A stretch of DNA of 64,000 nt from Macrostomum lignano (Eukaryota). Under the pieces are notes generated by a model, which saw nothing but the letters and a program-made list of their open reading frames with translations, did not search any database and was not told the DNA's origin. The position numbers were made by a program, and so were the translations under genes. Where the stretch lies: assembly GCA_002269645.1 (NCBI GenBank), contig NIVC01001200.1:273545-337544 (forward strand), written 5' to 3'. Shown piece after piece: positions 61,841 to 64,000 of this stretch (positions are counted from its first letter, which is position 1; each line of letters starts with the position of its first letter).

Positions 61841-64000
61841 ATGGCCTCGGCGGCCCCAAATTACCTGCTGACCTGCAGGAATGTCTGAACTGGCTGCAAA
61901 ACTGCTTTCGCTACGACGAGCAAGAAATTTATGAGTCGCTGCGTTGCATTTTCGGGCCAGGAAACGCGAGCCTGACCGACATAATTAACGTACTTCGAGA
62001 CGGGATCGTACTGTGTCAGCTGGTTGTCATCCTCAGCGATGGCGCCGTTCGACGCAGCGAGCTCAAAGGATTTCGACTCATTACGCTGAATTCGGTTTGC
62101 GTCTACCGCGACAACATCTCGGCTTTCCTGAGCGTCTGCCAAAACTTTTTCCAGCTGAAGGAGAGTATGCTTTTCACACCCGACGACCTCATTGACCGAA
62201 AAAATATTGACAAAGTAATTTCGAGTCTAGCTTTGCTCAGCCAGTCCCCGAAGGTCGACCAGTCGAGGTTTCCTGGCTTCCAAGTGTCCGACAGTCTGCG
62301 CGTGGCTCTGCGGCACTTGAGCACAAATACAAGGCAGCCTGCCTGGTCCGAGCTCTCTGAGTCGGTCGAGCGACTTCGCTGCAACATGGTTGACATCTAC
62401 AGCGACCAGTTGACAGTCTACACTGAGACTGAGGGCGTCTATGGGAGCCTCGTGGACGACTATGAGTACGAGCTGGACGATGGCGACGACCCGCGGTAGG
62501 CAACTGGCAGCAGCTGCTGCTCAGTGAGAGGAACTACACGCACCTGCTCGAACAGCTGACTACCTACTCAAACAGTCTAAAAGGGACAGTCGGAATGGCT
62601 GCGAGCCGGCATTTCACTACATCCCGGCCTTGTACGAACTGCACGCTCGCTTTCTCGCACGGTTGGAGTGCATCGCGCGCATCAACCCAATCGCCGATCG
62701 GCTGCGCGCAGTTTGCGCCTGTATTGCCAAGAAGAAGCTTCAGCTCTGCATTGTCTACCGCGATTACTTGGTGAACATGCCGCAAGCCATCGAGTGCGCC
62801 GATCGGCTGCAGCGGAGCTCAGGGCTGAGTCAGACGGCCAGTCACCTGCTGCCACATCATCCTCTTCGCGATTTGCTGCTGGCCCCGCTGCAGCGGGTGC
62901 AGCGGTATCCCGACATATTCAAGGCCTGTAAGGAGACGCGGGCAGCTATGGAGGACTTCATGGAGGTCTGCTGCTATACCCAGTCCTACAAAGAGAACGA
63001 ATCTGTCATTCAGGTATTACCTTCAGCTGATATCCATAATAATAGATGAAGCTGATAAATCCTATATACTAAGTCGTTTTCTATGAGATGTTAAAACATA
63101 TTTCAGGTACTTGACCGTGTGCAAGCCGGCATCGCAAACCTGGATCGCAGTTTGCAACTGAGAGACTTTGGTAGTCTGTTGGTCGAGGGGGAGGTGCGCC
63201 TCTCACATCTGTCTTACGACAAGTCTGACAAGGACAGTCGAAGCGTATACTGCTACCTTAGTGAAGTGCTGATAGTGTGCAAAATTGTCGGCGACAAAAA
63301 GTCCAGCGGCCCCTGGAATTCTTGTACAAGCATCAGAATTCCGAGAAGTGCATGATTCAAACCGAGGAGGCCCCGCGATATAAAAGTTGGCGTGGCTGCT
63401 TACAGTTCAACAGCCAGAGGGAGCCACGCCCGACAGCACCATAGCGGACGACCTGCGCTACCGAATGCAGCTCAAGTCCCATCGAGTGCAGCAGAACTGG
63501 CTGGCTGCTTTTAAAAGGGCCGTATCAGTGCGATATCCGCCAAATCACAACTCTTTCGGGCATACTTTTCTGCCTTATATAAGTCTAGAGCCCGTGAATT
63601 GTCGTGAATGCAACCGAATCATTTTGCCCGGCTACGGGCTCGGTTATCGCTGTCGGATTTCAGGTCGCGTGGTGCACCGGGACTGCATTCCTTCAGCTCC
63701 AAGGCAACGCAGATTTGAGCACTCCCCGTCCCAGCAGCTGGCCTCGTCAACCCCGCCGCTGACTCCTCCACGGCAGAGACCTCAGCCAGCACAAATGCCG
63801 GCGATGGCGCCACAACCTCAACCGCCGCGGTCACCTTCTCCGCCACCACCACCTCCACTAACACCGATAGTGCCAAAACAGCTGCCACCGCCGCCGCCAC
63901 CACCGCCACCGCCGCCACCACCGCCATCGTCACAGCAGTGTGTCAGAGCACCTGCAGACGCCCAACGCGGTCCAGAGACCCCATCAGACATGTTCATGTC
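61841..64000 (+). CDS. VAV: Vav-like Rho GEF (CH-acidic-DH-PH-C1, proline-rich), frameshifted as assembled, truncated by the window end
   Basis: CH domain (LRDGIVLCQL, NISAFL, LFTPDDL), acidic DIY/GVY segment, DH (LRDLLLAPLQRVQRY), intron 63014-63106, PH (FGSLLVEGEV, VLIVCK, QNWLAAFKRAV), C1 (GHTF..CRECNRII..GYRC..VHRDC). Needs about 5 single-base frame corrections; sequencing error versus pseudogene is unresolved. Confidence 0.8.

Overview
Eukaryotic (animal) genomic DNA with spliceosomal GT-AG introns; no prokaryotic systems, CRISPR arrays or rRNA are present. GC-rich exons, AT-rich intergenic blocks and introns filled with unrelated minisatellites suggest a free-living flatworm such as Macrostomum (inference from style only). 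Seven protein-coding genes were reconstructed by hand with frame-consistent splice phases: AP-2 mu subunit (-), discs-large MAGUK (+, about 20 kb, with a candidate alternative terminal exon), ATG16-like (-), a secreted PAN+LamG protein (+), a transmembrane adenylyl cyclase (-), a calmodulin-like protein with a His/Lys tail (+), and a Vav-like GEF with about five frameshifts that runs off the window end (+). Also present: two tRNA-Ala(TGC) copies in direct repeats flanking the PAN+LamG gene, a MITE with a 9-bp TSD, a nested palindromic element, a 2.8-kb foldback element whose TIR seeded a 161-bp satellite, and about 20 tandem arrays. Most long ORFs in the ORF track are repeat artefacts. I found no clearly new multi-gene system; the best leads are listed as findings. 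Exon coordinates were read by eye; repeat boundaries are approximate.
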